In this document: one piece after another, positions 51,016 through 61,861 of the stretch
Layout: every line of letters begins with the position of its first letter
How positions within the stretch are numbered: position 1 is the first letter of the stretch
Assembly (NCBI GenBank): GCA_051313645.2
Contig: JBNRSN020000024.1
Span: 48,794,001-48,858,000 of the forward strand
Direction: 5' to 3'
From: Centroscyllium fabricii
Taxonomy: Eukaryota
DNA length: 64,000 nucleotides
Position numbers and translations under genes: made by a program
Notes under the pieces: generated by a model
The model's input: only the letters and a program-made list of their open reading frames with translations
The model's database searches: none
Told to the model about the DNA's origin: nothing

Positions 51016-51719
51016 TTTCAAATAAAACTGTTGGACTATAACCTGGTGTTGAGCCCAGGACAGTGACGTCCTAGCACTCAGAATCCGACCCAACACAATT
51101 ATTACTAAACAAAAAGAAAAATACTTGAATTACTGGACAGAAATGACAAAAACCCAAAACAAACTAGATTGTTATTTGGCCCTAAACAGACAGTACACCA
51201 TGGCTGATTACCTGACCATGGTGAAAGATAGCAAACTGAGAAAAACCCTGACAATGTACAGACTTAGTGAGCACAGCCTAGCTATCGAAAAAGGCAGACA
51301 CAGAAAGACTTGGCTGCCCAGAGAGGAAAGGCTGTGCTCCCACTGCAGTCAGGGAGTGGTGGAGACAGAGCTGCACTTCCTCACAACTTGCAAAAACTAT
51401 CAGGGAATAAGGGGAAATTTCTTCCCAAAATTTGCAACAACATGCCCTGAATTCAAAAATTTGAACGACCACCAAAAACTCCCATATCTATTGGGGGAAC
51501 AGAGGGACTGAATAAAATTAGCGGCAAACTACGTCACAGCTTGCCATAAGCAGAGGGACAACCAGTGACCACTGAAGCTGAGAAGGGCATACAAGATCTA
51601 TATGCGGGTGTCTATGTATGTGTTTGTGTAGCTATTCATTCTATACGTCTGGTTATGCATTTGTATGTCCAATTGTATATGTTCTTTTTAGATCTATATG
51701 CGGGTTTTTATGTGTATGC

Positions 51720-54700
51720 TGTTGGGTTTTGGTGGCGGGCGAAAGAATGCCTGAGGCAGTTAACATGAACACAACAGCTTTATTGACTTCAACTACAGAG
51801 TGGTTGCTTTCGCGCTCTTTTCCAGCTAAATATAGCGCTGGCTACGTCATTGCGTAACAAGGCAATGACGTAAGCACGTCCGCGCGTGTGCGCATGCGCG
51901 GAGCGTTTTTGCGTCGGCACTGGCCTCGCGAGAGTAGCGCGCCTCGGGCCAGTGCCTTCAGGGTCCAAGAGTCCGGTCGATTCGACCACAAGTCCGTGGC
52001 AAGCCGCCACATAGCTCCCCCCAGAATCCGACTAGGAGGAATGGACGAGACGTTGCGGCGGTCTGATAAGTCGGCCGGATCGGCTCCTGCTTGGAGACAG
52101 CTGGCGAGCTGTGGTCGGGCGAGCTGGTTGGCCGGCGGGTCGACCACGTGGCGGTGGGTGGGCAACTAGTGTGGCCTCGCCGGGCTCAGTGTGCGCCGGC
52201 TTGAGCCTGTCAATTGACACAGTTTCAGTCCTGCTGCCCACCTGCAATTTGAAAAATTTGTCCCCCGCTTGAAGCACCTTGTAAGGCCCGTCGTATGGCA
52301 GCTGCAGAGGCCCGCGGTGTGCGTCGTGGCGGACAAAGACGAACTGCGCCTGATGTAGTCTAGGCGGAATCTGCGCAGTCGTTTCACCATGCCTGGTCAC
52401 GGGTACCGGTGTAAACTGTTGCGCCGACGTGGTGAAGTCGAGGCGCTGCTGGTTGGCTGACCAGGGTGTCGTAGCGGCGGCCAGGAATTCGCCGGGTACA
52501 CGCAGTGGTTGTCCGAAGACCAACTCCGCTGCCGATGCATGAAGGTCCTCTTTGACCGCAGATCGGAGACCAAGTAAAACCCATGGGAGGCGGTCAGTCC
52601 AGGCGTTGTCTGTGAGGCTGGCCCGTAGGGAAGCTTTCATTGATCTGTGGAATCGTTCACACATACCGTTGGCTTGCGGGTGGTACGCCGTTGTGTGGTG
52701 CAAGTTCACCCCCAGGCTCTTCGCGACGGCAGACCATAATGCTGAGGTGAACTGTGACCCTCTGTCGGATGTGATGTCAGAAGGCACGCCAAACCGGGCG
52801 ACCCATGTGGCGATGAAGGCTCTGGCGATGTCCGCAGTGGTGGTGGAAGTCAGCGGAATAGCTTCGGGCCATCGAGTGGTGCGGTCCACGATAGTGAGCA
52901 AGTGGGTGTTGCCTTGTGACGGTGGCAGGGGTCCCACGATATCCACATGGATGTGATCAAACCGTCGTGCGGGAACTTCGATCTGACCGAGGGGAGCTTT
53001 CGTGTGCTGATGCACCTTTGCCCGTTGGCAAGCTACGCAGGAGTTGGCCCAAGTACGCACATCCTTACTAAGGCCGCGCCAGATAAAGCGACTGGTTACC
53101 AATTTTATTGATGCGCGGGCGCCGGGGTGGGAGAGGTTGTGGAGCGTCTCGAATATGTGCTTGCGCCACGATGCTGGGACGACTGGCCGGGGTTGCGGCA
53201 GGGTTATGTCGCACGTGACGTTAGTGTCGGCGGGGCCGCAGGCGACGGTGGCCAAGCGCAGGCTGGGTAGGGTGGTGGGCGCGGAGAGCAGGTCCGGGTC
53301 TGTGACCTGGTCCGCTGCGAGTTTGACATAGTCCACCGCCAGGTGAGTGGCGTTGATGGTTGCGCGGGAGAGACAATCGGCCACCACGTTGTCGCGTCCG
53401 GCGATGTGGCGTATGTCGGTGGTGAATTCGGATATGGCCGCGAGCTGGCGCTGTTGTCTAGCGGACCAGGGCTCGGTTGGCTTGGCCATCCCGAATGTGA
53501 GGGGTTTGTGGTCCACAAACGCGGTGAAGACCCGACCCTCCAGCAGAAAGCGAAAATGTCGGACCGCTAGGTACAAGGCAAGGAGCTCGCGGTCGAAGGC
53601 GCTGTACTTCACCTCCGGGGGGCGCAGCTGGCGGCTGAAGAAGGCGAGGGGCTGCCAGGCGCCGTCGACCCACTGTTCGTACACAGCCCCGACCGCGTAG
53701 TCGGAGGCGTCAGTAGTGAGTGCCACCTTGGCGTTGGGCCGTGGGTGTGCGAGCATGGTGGCGCCGGCGAGTGCCGATTTGGTGGAGTCGAAGGCGGCGG
53801 AGGTTTGCGCCGTCCATTCGACCACATCCTTCCCGCTCTTCCCGCGGAGGGCTTGGTAGAGGGGGCTCATGAGGGATGCCGCTTTGGGGATAAAGCGGTT
53901 GTAGAAGTTCACCATCCCGAGGAACTCTTGGAGCCCCCGGACGGTGGTGGGCCGGGGAAATTGCTGGACGGCTTGCACCTTGTTGGGCAGGGGAATGGCC
54001 CCGGCTTGTGTTATGCGGTGGCCTAGGAAGTCGATCTGTTCGAGACCGAACTGGCACTTGGCGGGGTTGAGGATGAGGCCGTGTTCGCTGAGGCGCGTGA
54101 ACAGGGCCCTGAGGTGCTCGAGGTGTTCCCGTTTGGAGGAACTGGCTACTAGGATGTCGTCAAGATAGACAAACAGGAACTTCAGATCCCGTAGGACCGA
54201 GTCCATTAGCCGTTGGAATGCCTGCGCGGCGTTTTTAAGGCCGAAAGGCATTCGCAAGAACTCGAACAGCCCAAAAGGGGTGATGACCGCGGTCTTGGGG
54301 ATGTCATCGGCGTGGACGGGGACTTGGTGGTAGCCGCGCACCAGGTCGACTTTGGAGAAGACTGAGCACCTGGCCAGTCTAGCCGAAAAGTCCTGGATGT
54401 GCGGCACTGGGTACCGATCGGGCGTGGTAGCGTCGTTGAGGCGACGGTAATCCCCGCAGGGGCGCCAGCCCCCGTCGGGTTTAGGGGCAATGTGGAGCGG
54501 TGAGGCCCACGGGCTGTTGGAGCGGCGGATGATACCCAGCTGCTCCATAGTGGCGAACTCGTTCCGCGCGACCTCTAACTTGGCCGGGTCTAACCTGCGG
54601 GCGTGGGCGTGCACCGGTGGGCCGGTGGTGGGAATGTAATGCTCTACCCCATGTTTGGCTACCCTAGCGGTGAAGGTCGGGTTGGTGAGGGCCGGGAATG

Positions 54701-56167
54701 CGGCCAGGAGCGTCGAGTAGGCGTCCGTGGGACGGGCGTGGCACTGTATGGTCAAGCTGGCGGGCTGGGCTGGGGTCGTGTCGCCCGGGATGGTTGTCAT
54801 GGAGTTGATGTCCACGAGGCGGCGCCGGGGCATGTCGACCAACAGGCCGTGAGCGCAAAGGAAGTCTGCGCCGATGATTGGCGAGAGTATCTTTGCGGTG
54901 AGAAATTCCCACGTATAACAGCGCCCTGCGAGCTGGAGCTGTACCGTGCGGTTGCCGTACGTCGGGATGTCGGAACCGTTGGCCGCGGCGAGCGCCGGGC
55001 CCCGCGTGCCTGTTTTAATTTCGAGGGCGGAGGCGGGCACAATGCTATGCTGGGCCCCGGTGTCGCAGAGAAAACGGCATCCGGTTTTGTCATCCGTGAC
55101 ATATAGGAGGCAACCGGCCTGTCCGACAGACATGGTAGGGGCTGGTGATAGGGCAGGCCTAAAGGTGCAAGGTTGTGCGCACCGTTGTGCCCTGGTGCCG
55201 AACCGGGTGTGGTAGTAGCAGTACCCTGGCTTAGGCGGGTCTGGGGGACGTGGCGGTCGTGTGGGCCTGGGTGCCGGTCCTTGCGACCGCGTGGTGGGAG
55301 CGGCTGGATGCGCCGTGGCGGCGGCCGCCAAATCCGCGGTGTCGTGGCCCCGTTGCCCGTCCATCAGCCTGTCGGCCAGGCTGGCTAGGTCTGCTAGGCT
55401 CCGGATTTCGGACGCGACGATGGTGGGGCGTATGCTGGAAGGGAGTTGGTTAATGAAAAGCGTGCGGAAGAGGGAACCCGGGGGATTCTCGTCCGTGAGC
55501 GAGAGCATGTGGGAGAGGAGGCGCGAAGGTGAAGCGTCACCGAGGCCTTGCAGGGCCAGGAGCTGACTGCAGCGCTGGTACTGGGAATCGGTGAACCTTT
55601 TAAGTAGCGCGGCCTTAAGATGTACATACTTGCCCTGTTGAGGTGGGTTCTGCAGCTCTGCCCAGACTTCCGTCACCGTGGAGCTCCCCAGCGAAGTTAC
55701 CAGGTAGTCATATCGCACTTCCTCTTTGTTGACCCGGTGCAGCCTGAACCGGGATTCAGCTTGAGCAAACCAGGCTTCGGGCTGGTTTGTCCAGAACTCA
55801 GGCAGCCGGACCGCGGCTATGCTTGCGTCCGCCATCGTTGGGTTCGAAATCCGTTTCGAACGTCGAGGTCACCAATGTTGGGTTTTGGTGGCGGGCGAAA
55901 GAATGCCTGAGGCAGTTAACATGAACACAACAGCTTTATTGACTTCAACTACAGAGTGGTTGCTTTCGCGCTCTTTTCCAGCTAAATATAGCGCTGGCTA
56001 CGTCATTGCGTAACAAGGCAATGACGTAAGCACGTCCGCGCGTGTGCGCATGCGCGGAGCGTTTTTGCGTCGGCACTGGCCTCGCGAGAGTAGCGCGCCT
56101 CGGGCCAGTGCCTTCAGGGTCCAAGAGTCCGGTCGATTCGACCACAAGTCCGTGGCAAGCCGCCACA
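51720..56167 (-). mobile_element. Intact Gypsy LTR retrotransposon, CsRn1 clade
   Basis: 292-bp TG..CA LTRs at 51720-52011 and 55876-56167 with no difference seen, ATGC 4-bp TSD, PBS TGGTGACCTCGACGT (tRNA-Trp type), PPT GGGGGGAG. Confidence 0.97.
52032..55835 (-). CDS. Gag-Pol polyprotein (Gag with CHCC motif, protease, RT, RNase H, integrase)
   Basis: 1267 aa uninterrupted: CYYHTRFGTRAQRCAQPC, LCDTGA, YLDD, TTDASD, HHCC zinc finger, DDE core, GPY motif. Confidence 0.96.
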   Translation of the reverse strand: MADASIAAVRLPEFWTNQPEAWFAQAESRFRLHRVNKEEVRYDYLVTSLGSSTVTEVWAELQNPPQQGKYVHLKAALLKRFTDSQYQRCSQLLALQGLGDASPSRLLSHMLSLTDENPPGSLFRTLFINQLPSSIRPTIVASEIRSLADLASLADRLMDGQRGHDTADLAAAATAHPAAPTTRSQGPAPRPTRPPRPPDPPKPGYCYYHTRFGTRAQRCAQPCTFRPALSPAPTMSVGQAGCLLYVTDDKTGCRFLCDTGAQHSIVPASALEIKTGTRGPALAAANGSDIPTYGNRTVQLQLAGRCYTWEFLTAKILSPIIGADFLCAHGLLVDMPRRRLVDINSMTTIPGDTTPAQPASLTIQCHARPTDAYSTLLAAFPALTNPTFTARVAKHGVEHYIPTTGPPVHAHARRLDPAKLEVARNEFATMEQLGIIRRSNSPWASPLHIAPKPDGGWRPCGDYRRLNDATTPDRYPVPHIQDFSARLARCSVFSKVDLVRGYHQVPVHADDIPKTAVITPFGLFEFLRMPFGLKNAAQAFQRLMDSVLRDLKFLFVYLDDILVASSSKREHLEHLRALFTRLSEHGLILNPAKCQFGLEQIDFLGHRITQAGAIPLPNKVQAVQQFPRPTTVRGLQEFLGMVNFYNRFIPKAASLMSPLYQALRGKSGKDVVEWTAQTSAAFDSTKSALAGATMLAHPRPNAKVALTTDASDYAVGAVYEQWVDGAWQPLAFFSRQLRPPEVKYSAFDRELLALYLAVRHFRFLLEGRVFTAFVDHKPLTFGMAKPTEPWSARQQRQLAAISEFTTDIRHIAGRDNVVADCLSRATINATHLAVDYVKLAADQVTDPDLLSAPTTLPSLRLATVACGPADTNVTCDITLPQPRPVVPASWRKHIFETLHNLSHPGARASIKLVTSRFIWRGLSKDVRTWANSCVACQRAKVHQHTKAPLGQIEVPARRFDHIHVDIVGPLPPSQGNTHLLTIVDRTTRWPEAIPLTSTTTADIARAFIATWVARFGVPSDITSDRGSQFTSALWSAVAKSLGVNLHHTTAYHPQANGMCERFHRSMKASLRASLTDNAWTDRLPWVLLGLRSAVKEDLHASAAELVFGQPLRVPGEFLAAATTPWSANQQRLDFTTSAQQFTPVPVTRHGETTAQIPPRLHQAQFVFVRHDAHRGPLQLPYDGPYKVLQAGDKFFKLQVGSRTETVSIDRLKPAHTEPGEATLVAHPPPRGRPAGQPARPTTARQLSPSRSRSGRLIRPPQRLVHSS

Positions 56168-56224
56168 ATGCATAGTTATTCATTCAATACGTCTGGTTAT
56201 GCATTTGTATGTCCAACTGTATAT

Positions 56225-56646
56225 AAGATAAGATAAGATTCAATTTATTGTCATTGTAAAGTGAACATACACAAAACAACGAAATGCAAACATGCAATCT
56301 CCCAAATTATTAAATGTCCTTGGTCCCAGTCTGATCCATTCCATCCCACCAGGCGCTGCAGCCACGATGCGCCCGGTGCCGGCCACGCAGGCCCTGGCGC
56401 TCCAGCCACGACGGCCCCACAGCTCTCCGAGCCCGACGGCCCCACGGCTTCACCGAGCCCGACGGCCCCACGGCTTCACCGAGCCCGCTCTCAGCACCCT
56501 GGCGCTCCGATGACCACGACGGCTTGTTCAGCACCAGTGCCCCGATTGAGGAGCACTGGTGCTCTACTCCACCGACCCCGCCGTCCTCTCCAGGAACAGT
56601 GCGGGAACCAGGGACATTAAAAAATCGGGAGACGCAAAGCACATTA
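56225..56646 (-). mobile_element. Short non-coding retroposon with a (TCTTA)n tail
   Basis: TGTATAT duplicated at 56218-56224 and 56647-56653; reverse-complement 3' end ACAATGACAATAAATTGAATCTTATCTTATCTT. Confidence 0.65.
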
Positions 56647-57750
56647 TGTATATGTTCTTTTTCTGTGCTTTGGCAACATAGGATGTATCTTGTCATGCCA
56701 ATAAAGCAATTTGAATTGAGAATTGAGTGTGACTTCTTCCAATTGTCCACCCCAGTCCAACACCGGCACCTCCACATCATAACGTTTTCTGGTGTGTTTC
56801 GTGGGTATCTAGTGGGGCTCGACTAGAGCATAAACGCCGGCATGAACTGGTTGGGCCGAATGGTCTGTTGCTGTGCCATATGTATCCTATGTAATCCCAG
56901 TAGGTAAGTACCCCAAATTCACATTCTTCATGCATCTGAATGCTGAGTCTCTCCTCGAGGTATTGGTGTAGCGAAGCTTGTGGAGGAGCAGGGCAACTCG
57001 GGACAGCAACTTCCTGATTTCCGTGTTTATCTGCGCCTGTGCGGTACATTATACGACGTGCTAAATCTAGGCCAATGTGCGCCACTACTGTCCAATTTAC
57101 TCCTTTATAATGGTGAGCGCTGATAGCCTCGCCATTATTTTAACTGCAATTAATGCATTGCCTTGACATACGAGACCCACCTCCTGCTCCCTGACCCCAT
57201 TTCTACTAAACTGACTACCCAATTTATGCTCGCTGAAATTGTAAATGGTTCCCTCTCCTCAAGTACTGTTCCCCTCCATTTCAAAACCCCTGTCATCACC
57301 GCTCGCTCAAACGCCCACCAGACCAGACAAGTACAGCACGATTCCTTCCTTCAAGGGGACTGGTGAACCTGTTGGGGTTTTCCTGATAAGAGCATTTTAT
57401 TGCCAGATTTAAACTGAATGAAAATGCTCAAACTGCCGTGGTGGGATTTGAACTCACGTTCTCTGGATTAGTTCAAGCCTCTGGATTACTGGTCCAGTAA
57501 CATAATCACGAGACTATATGCCTATATATTGCCCCTGTGCTTGATGATTTACATTGGCCCGCGGTCCCCCAAAGACTCAAATTTAAAACTCTCATCCTTT
57601 TGGACTCCAGGGAAATCAAGGGATATGGAGATCGGGCGGGAAAGTGGAGTTGAGGTCGATCTTATTGAATGGCGGAGCAGGCTCGAGGGGCTGTATGGCC
57701 TACACCTGCTCTTACTTATGTTCTTGTATTTAAATCCCTACATCGCCTTG

Positions 57751-58145
57751 CTCGGTGGCATAGTGGTCAGCACTGTTGCCTCACAGCACTAGAGACCCGG
57801 GTTCAAATCCAGCCTCGGGTACTATCTGTGTGGAGTTTGCACATTCTCCCCGTGTCTGCGTGGGTTTCCTCCGGGTACTCCGGTTTCCTCCCACAGTCCA
57901 AAGATGTGCGGGTTAGGTTGATTGGCCAGGGTAAATTGACCCTTAGTGTTAGGGGGATTAAATATGTGGGGTTACGGGGCTAGGGTGGGATATGTGTCGG
58001 TGCAGGCTCGATAGGGATCGAGGGATATGGGGACAAGGCAGGGACAGGGTACTGGGTTTGGATGATCAGCCATGATCTCATTGAATGGCGGAGCAGACTC
58101 GAAGGGCCGAATGGCCTACTCCTGCTCCTATCTTCTGTTTCTATG
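57751..58145 (+). mobile_element. V-SINE (HE1-like) inside an old L2 fragment (~57130-58490)
   Basis: Head, V domain and tail as in the other copies. Confidence 0.87.
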
Positions 58146-58829
58146 CTCCTCGCTCTGTCTGTAATCTCCTCCAGCCCTTTGACACCCTTCCCAAATGCTT
58201 CGTTCCCTTGACTTTGGCCTTTTGTGCAATCCCGCCTCCCCCTCTTATCGCACCATTGGCTGCCATGAAATTCAGCTGTCAAGGTCCCATGTTCTGGAAT
58301 CCCCTTCCTAAACTCCTCCACCTAACTCTCCTCCTTTAAGACACGACTTAATACCAACCCCTTTGACCAAGCTTCTGGTCACCTCTCCGAAAATCTCCTT
58401 CTTTGGCATAGCATTCATTTCTATCTGATTAAACCTCTGTGAAGTTCCTTGGAATATTTTTTTCCATGTTAAAGACGCAAAATAAATGCACGTTCCTGGT
58501 CGGCATCTGTCAACGTTCAATGCGCTGGACAACTGCATCAACTACAACGGGAAGAGAGACCGCTATGATAGATTTTATTGAGAGTAAACAAAGAACTACT
58601 TCTGTTCTTTAGTTTTTGTAACTTTCCCTAGTTCTATCCATTCTTGAATATAAAGTGTAGGTAATTTAAGTTAATTTACTTGTGGATGTTTAGCTCTTGT
58701 TCCCAATGTGGTCTCATTTTGACTGAACACCCAAGTCTAAAAGCTTTAGCATAAAATTGGTATTCACTAAATGTGGGGCTCACTGTATCAGCGAAGTTAT
58801 TTTTAAACCTGTTGCTGAATATGTCGCTA

Positions 58830-60337
58830 TACACCAGATACATCGCCGACATTTTCCTCCTGTGGACCCACGGCGAAGAATCACTGAAAAGACGACACGA
58901 TAACAAACAAGTTCCATCCCACCATCAAACTCACCATGGACTACTCCTCAGAATCTGTTTCATTCTTGGACACACGAATCTCCATCAAAGACGGACACCT
59001 CAGCACTTCCCTCTACCGCAAGCCCACGGACAACCTCACGATGCTCCATTACTCCAGCTTCCACCCTAACCACGTTAAAGCAGCCATCCCCTATGGATAA
59101 GCCCAGCGAATACCAGGATCTGCTCAGACGAGGAGGAACGCGATGGATACCTACAGACACTGAAAGGTGCCCTTGTAAGAACGGGATATGACACTCGACT
59201 CATCGATCGACAGTTCCGACGGGCCACAGCGAAAAATCGCATAGACCTCCTCAGAAGACGAACACGGGACACAACCAACAGAGTACCCTTTGTCGTCCAG
59301 TACTTTCCCGGAGCGGAGAAACTACGCCATGTTCTTCGCAGCCTTCAACATGTCATCGATGACGACGAACACCTCGCTAAGGCCATCCCCACGCCTCCAC
59401 TACTCGCCTTCAAACAGCCGCCTAACCTGAAACAGACCATCGTTCGCAGCAAATTACCCAGCTTTCACGAGAACAGCGACCATGACACCAACCACACAAC
59501 CCTGCCACGGCAACCTCTGCAAGACGTGCCAGATCATCAGCACAGATACCATCATCACACGTGAGGACACCACCCACCAGGTACACGGTACATACTCATG
59601 TGACTCGACCAACGTTGTCTACCTCATACGTTGCAGGAAAGGATGCCCCGGGGCATGGTACATCAGCGAGACCATGCAGACACTACGACAACGGATGAAC
59701 GGACACCGCACAACAATCGCCAGGCAGGAGTGTTCCCTCCCAGTCGGGGAACACTTCAGCAGTCAAGGACATTCAGCCTCCGATCTTCGGGTAAGCATTC
59801 TCCAAGGTGGCCTTCGAGACACACGACAACGCAAAATCGGCACACCGAGGCTGATAGCCAAGTTCCGCACTCACGAGCATGGCCCCAACCGAGATATTGG
59901 CTTCATGTCGCGCTACATGTGACCCCACCTGACGTAGAGTCATCCAGACTCGAGTCGTCTTTGGCTTGTCCTCACCACGCAGATGTGGCTGTACCGGCTG
60001 CGATTGCCAGCAAGAAAAATCTTTTTTTTAAATTGTTCTGTGTAGGTTTTCACACAGACCCAGACTGCAACATTTGACCCTGTGTGACTGCACCTCATTG
60101 TTCCTAGGGTGGTGCCTGCCTGACTGATCTGTTTAAACACCATTCACACCTTTGATTGCTATGAATGTCTCTCTGCCGAGGTGTGATATAGGGCAGTTGG
60201 AAAGATTACATTGTTCTCCGTCTATATATGCTGTGTTTAAATGCATCTCTATTACACCTGATGAAGGAGCAATGCTCCGAAAGCTTGTGATTTCAAATAA
60301 AACTGTTGGACTATAACCTGGTGCTGAGTGACTTCTT
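58830..60337 (+). mobile_element. Penelope-like element, 5'-truncated (RT C-terminus, GIY-YIG endonuclease, pseudo-LTR)
   Basis: RYIADIFLLW (degenerate RYIDD), FLDT, HP..VKAAIPYG, CKTC..SCDSTNVVYLIRC..YISET..RMNGH; hammerhead motif near the 3' end. Confidence 0.9.
60255..60289 (+). ncRNA. Minimal type-I hammerhead ribozyme motif, family A, in the Penelope pseudo-LTR
   Basis: CAC-CTGATGA-A-GGAGC AAT GCTCC-GAAA-GCT-T-GTG. Confidence 0.8.
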
Positions 60338-61034
60338 GTATTTGAATATGTGTGTGGCGTTCCACTTACTGCCTGTAGGTGGTGAGTGAATTACACAAAA
60401 CAGGAATTACGAGTTTCTATCTTCACTCTTGTGAAAGAAGAGCTTGATTGATCAGAGTGTTTTATGGTCAGAATCCAATAATCAAAATACAGTCTTAAAA
60501 CTCACAGCATAATCTATTTTTTCATATTATTGTAGGTGAAAGGGTAGAAAACCAGACTGTGACAACTGACATTAAGTAACAGCTAAAACAGTTTAGATTT
60601 GCTTTTTCAGGAACCAATTACCAGTAAATATTATAAATGGCCAGTAAATATTATAAATGCATGACCCTGCTTCATAGATACGAAAGGTTTAATTTATAAA
60701 ATAAATCCTAAAACCAAAGCACACCTCAAGAATGATTTGCTTCTTAAAATCCCACCTCGCTTTTATACAGCGAGCCACCAATATTCCCCACTTGAAGTTT
60801 CCTCTGACACTGCAGTTTCTCTTTAGGCTGCAAGGCTTCTCAAAATGCCAGTAAGTCAGCTTGTCTCCTTCCTGCTGAACTGTTAATCAGCATTTGTCTC
60901 AGACTGTCATAATTCAAGGGGATAACCCTTGGTTGAACTATTTGCACAACACCCAGAATGCATCTGAACCCAGGATATTATTTTAACAATTTTCAACAAT
61001 GAGTTCAACAATTTTAGCTCATAACCTCGGCCCA

Positions 61035-61852
61035 CAGAAACACAGAAGATAGGAGCAGGAGTAGGCCATTCGGCCCTTCGAGTCTACTCCGCCATTTTTG
61101 ATGAGATCATGGCTGATCATCCAAACCCAACACCCCCCTCCTACCCTCTCCCCATATCCCCCGACACCCCCAACTCTAATTCAATTCAATTTCAATTCAA
61201 TTCAAGTTTTATTGTCATTGCAGTGTACTAGTACAATACAACGAGACGAAGACTCGCTGCTCCCGAGAGTAGTGCAAATAATTTACATACAATTGCATAC
61301 ATGTAAAGTACATTTTCAGGTGTGCAGATACTGGAGTTTTTTGTTAGAGTTCAGGAGGCTGACAGCCCTGGGGAAGAAGCTGTTCTTGAATCTAGTTGTG
61401 CGGGTGCGAATTGATCTGCAGCGTCACCCGGAGGGCAGGGGGGCGAACAGACTGTGGCTGGGGTGTGTGGGGTCTTTAATAATGTTCAGAGACCTCCGTA
61501 GGCAGCGTTTGAGGTAGATGCTTTCAATTGACGGTAGCTGGGTGCCGGTGATTCGTTGGGCAGTTTTGACTACCCGCTGCAGGGCCTTCCGGTCCGAGAT
61601 GGTGCAATTTCCATACCAGAACTCTACGAACTATATCTCACACACATACTCATGGGCAATTTTTAGTATCTCCAATTCACCTAACCTGCATGTCTTTGGG
61701 TGGTGGGAGGAAACCGGAGTACCCGGAGGAAACCCACATGAACACGGGGAGAACACGCAAACTCCACGCAGAGAGGTCCCAGGTCAAGCAGGATTCGAAC
61801 CCAGGAGTTCCTTATTGCGAGGCTACAGTGCTAACCACTGCGCCACCATGTC
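61035..61852 (-). mobile_element. V-SINE (second subfamily) interrupted by a Rex/Babar 3' fragment (61179-61619, minus)
   Basis: The insert matches the reverse complement of ~2526-2952; AACTCTA is duplicated at 61172-61178 and 61620-61626. Confidence 0.87.
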
Positions 61853-61861
61853 GCCACCATG

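Larger units (their letters stand above)
50661..51053. repeat. 177-nt hammerhead-containing unit: tandem minus-strand copies followed by an inverted plus-strand copy
   Basis: GAAGTCAAC-like start GAAGTCAC recurs at 50661 and 50838 (period 177). Orientation flips at ~50913. The plus copy continues at 56728-56780. Confidence 0.85.
51054..56722 (+). mobile_element. RTE-X-like LINE 3' fragment (same family as 32090), interrupted by a Gypsy and a short retroposon
   Basis: ORF 51125-51511 is near-identical to part of 32200-33012. AATAAA and a TTGAA tail at ~56700; TTGAG on both sides. Confidence 0.8.

Noticed and set aside
52166-55910. Many short overlapping ORFs within the Gypsy element
   Set aside because: Expected from high GC content; no env-like or accessory gene is evident.
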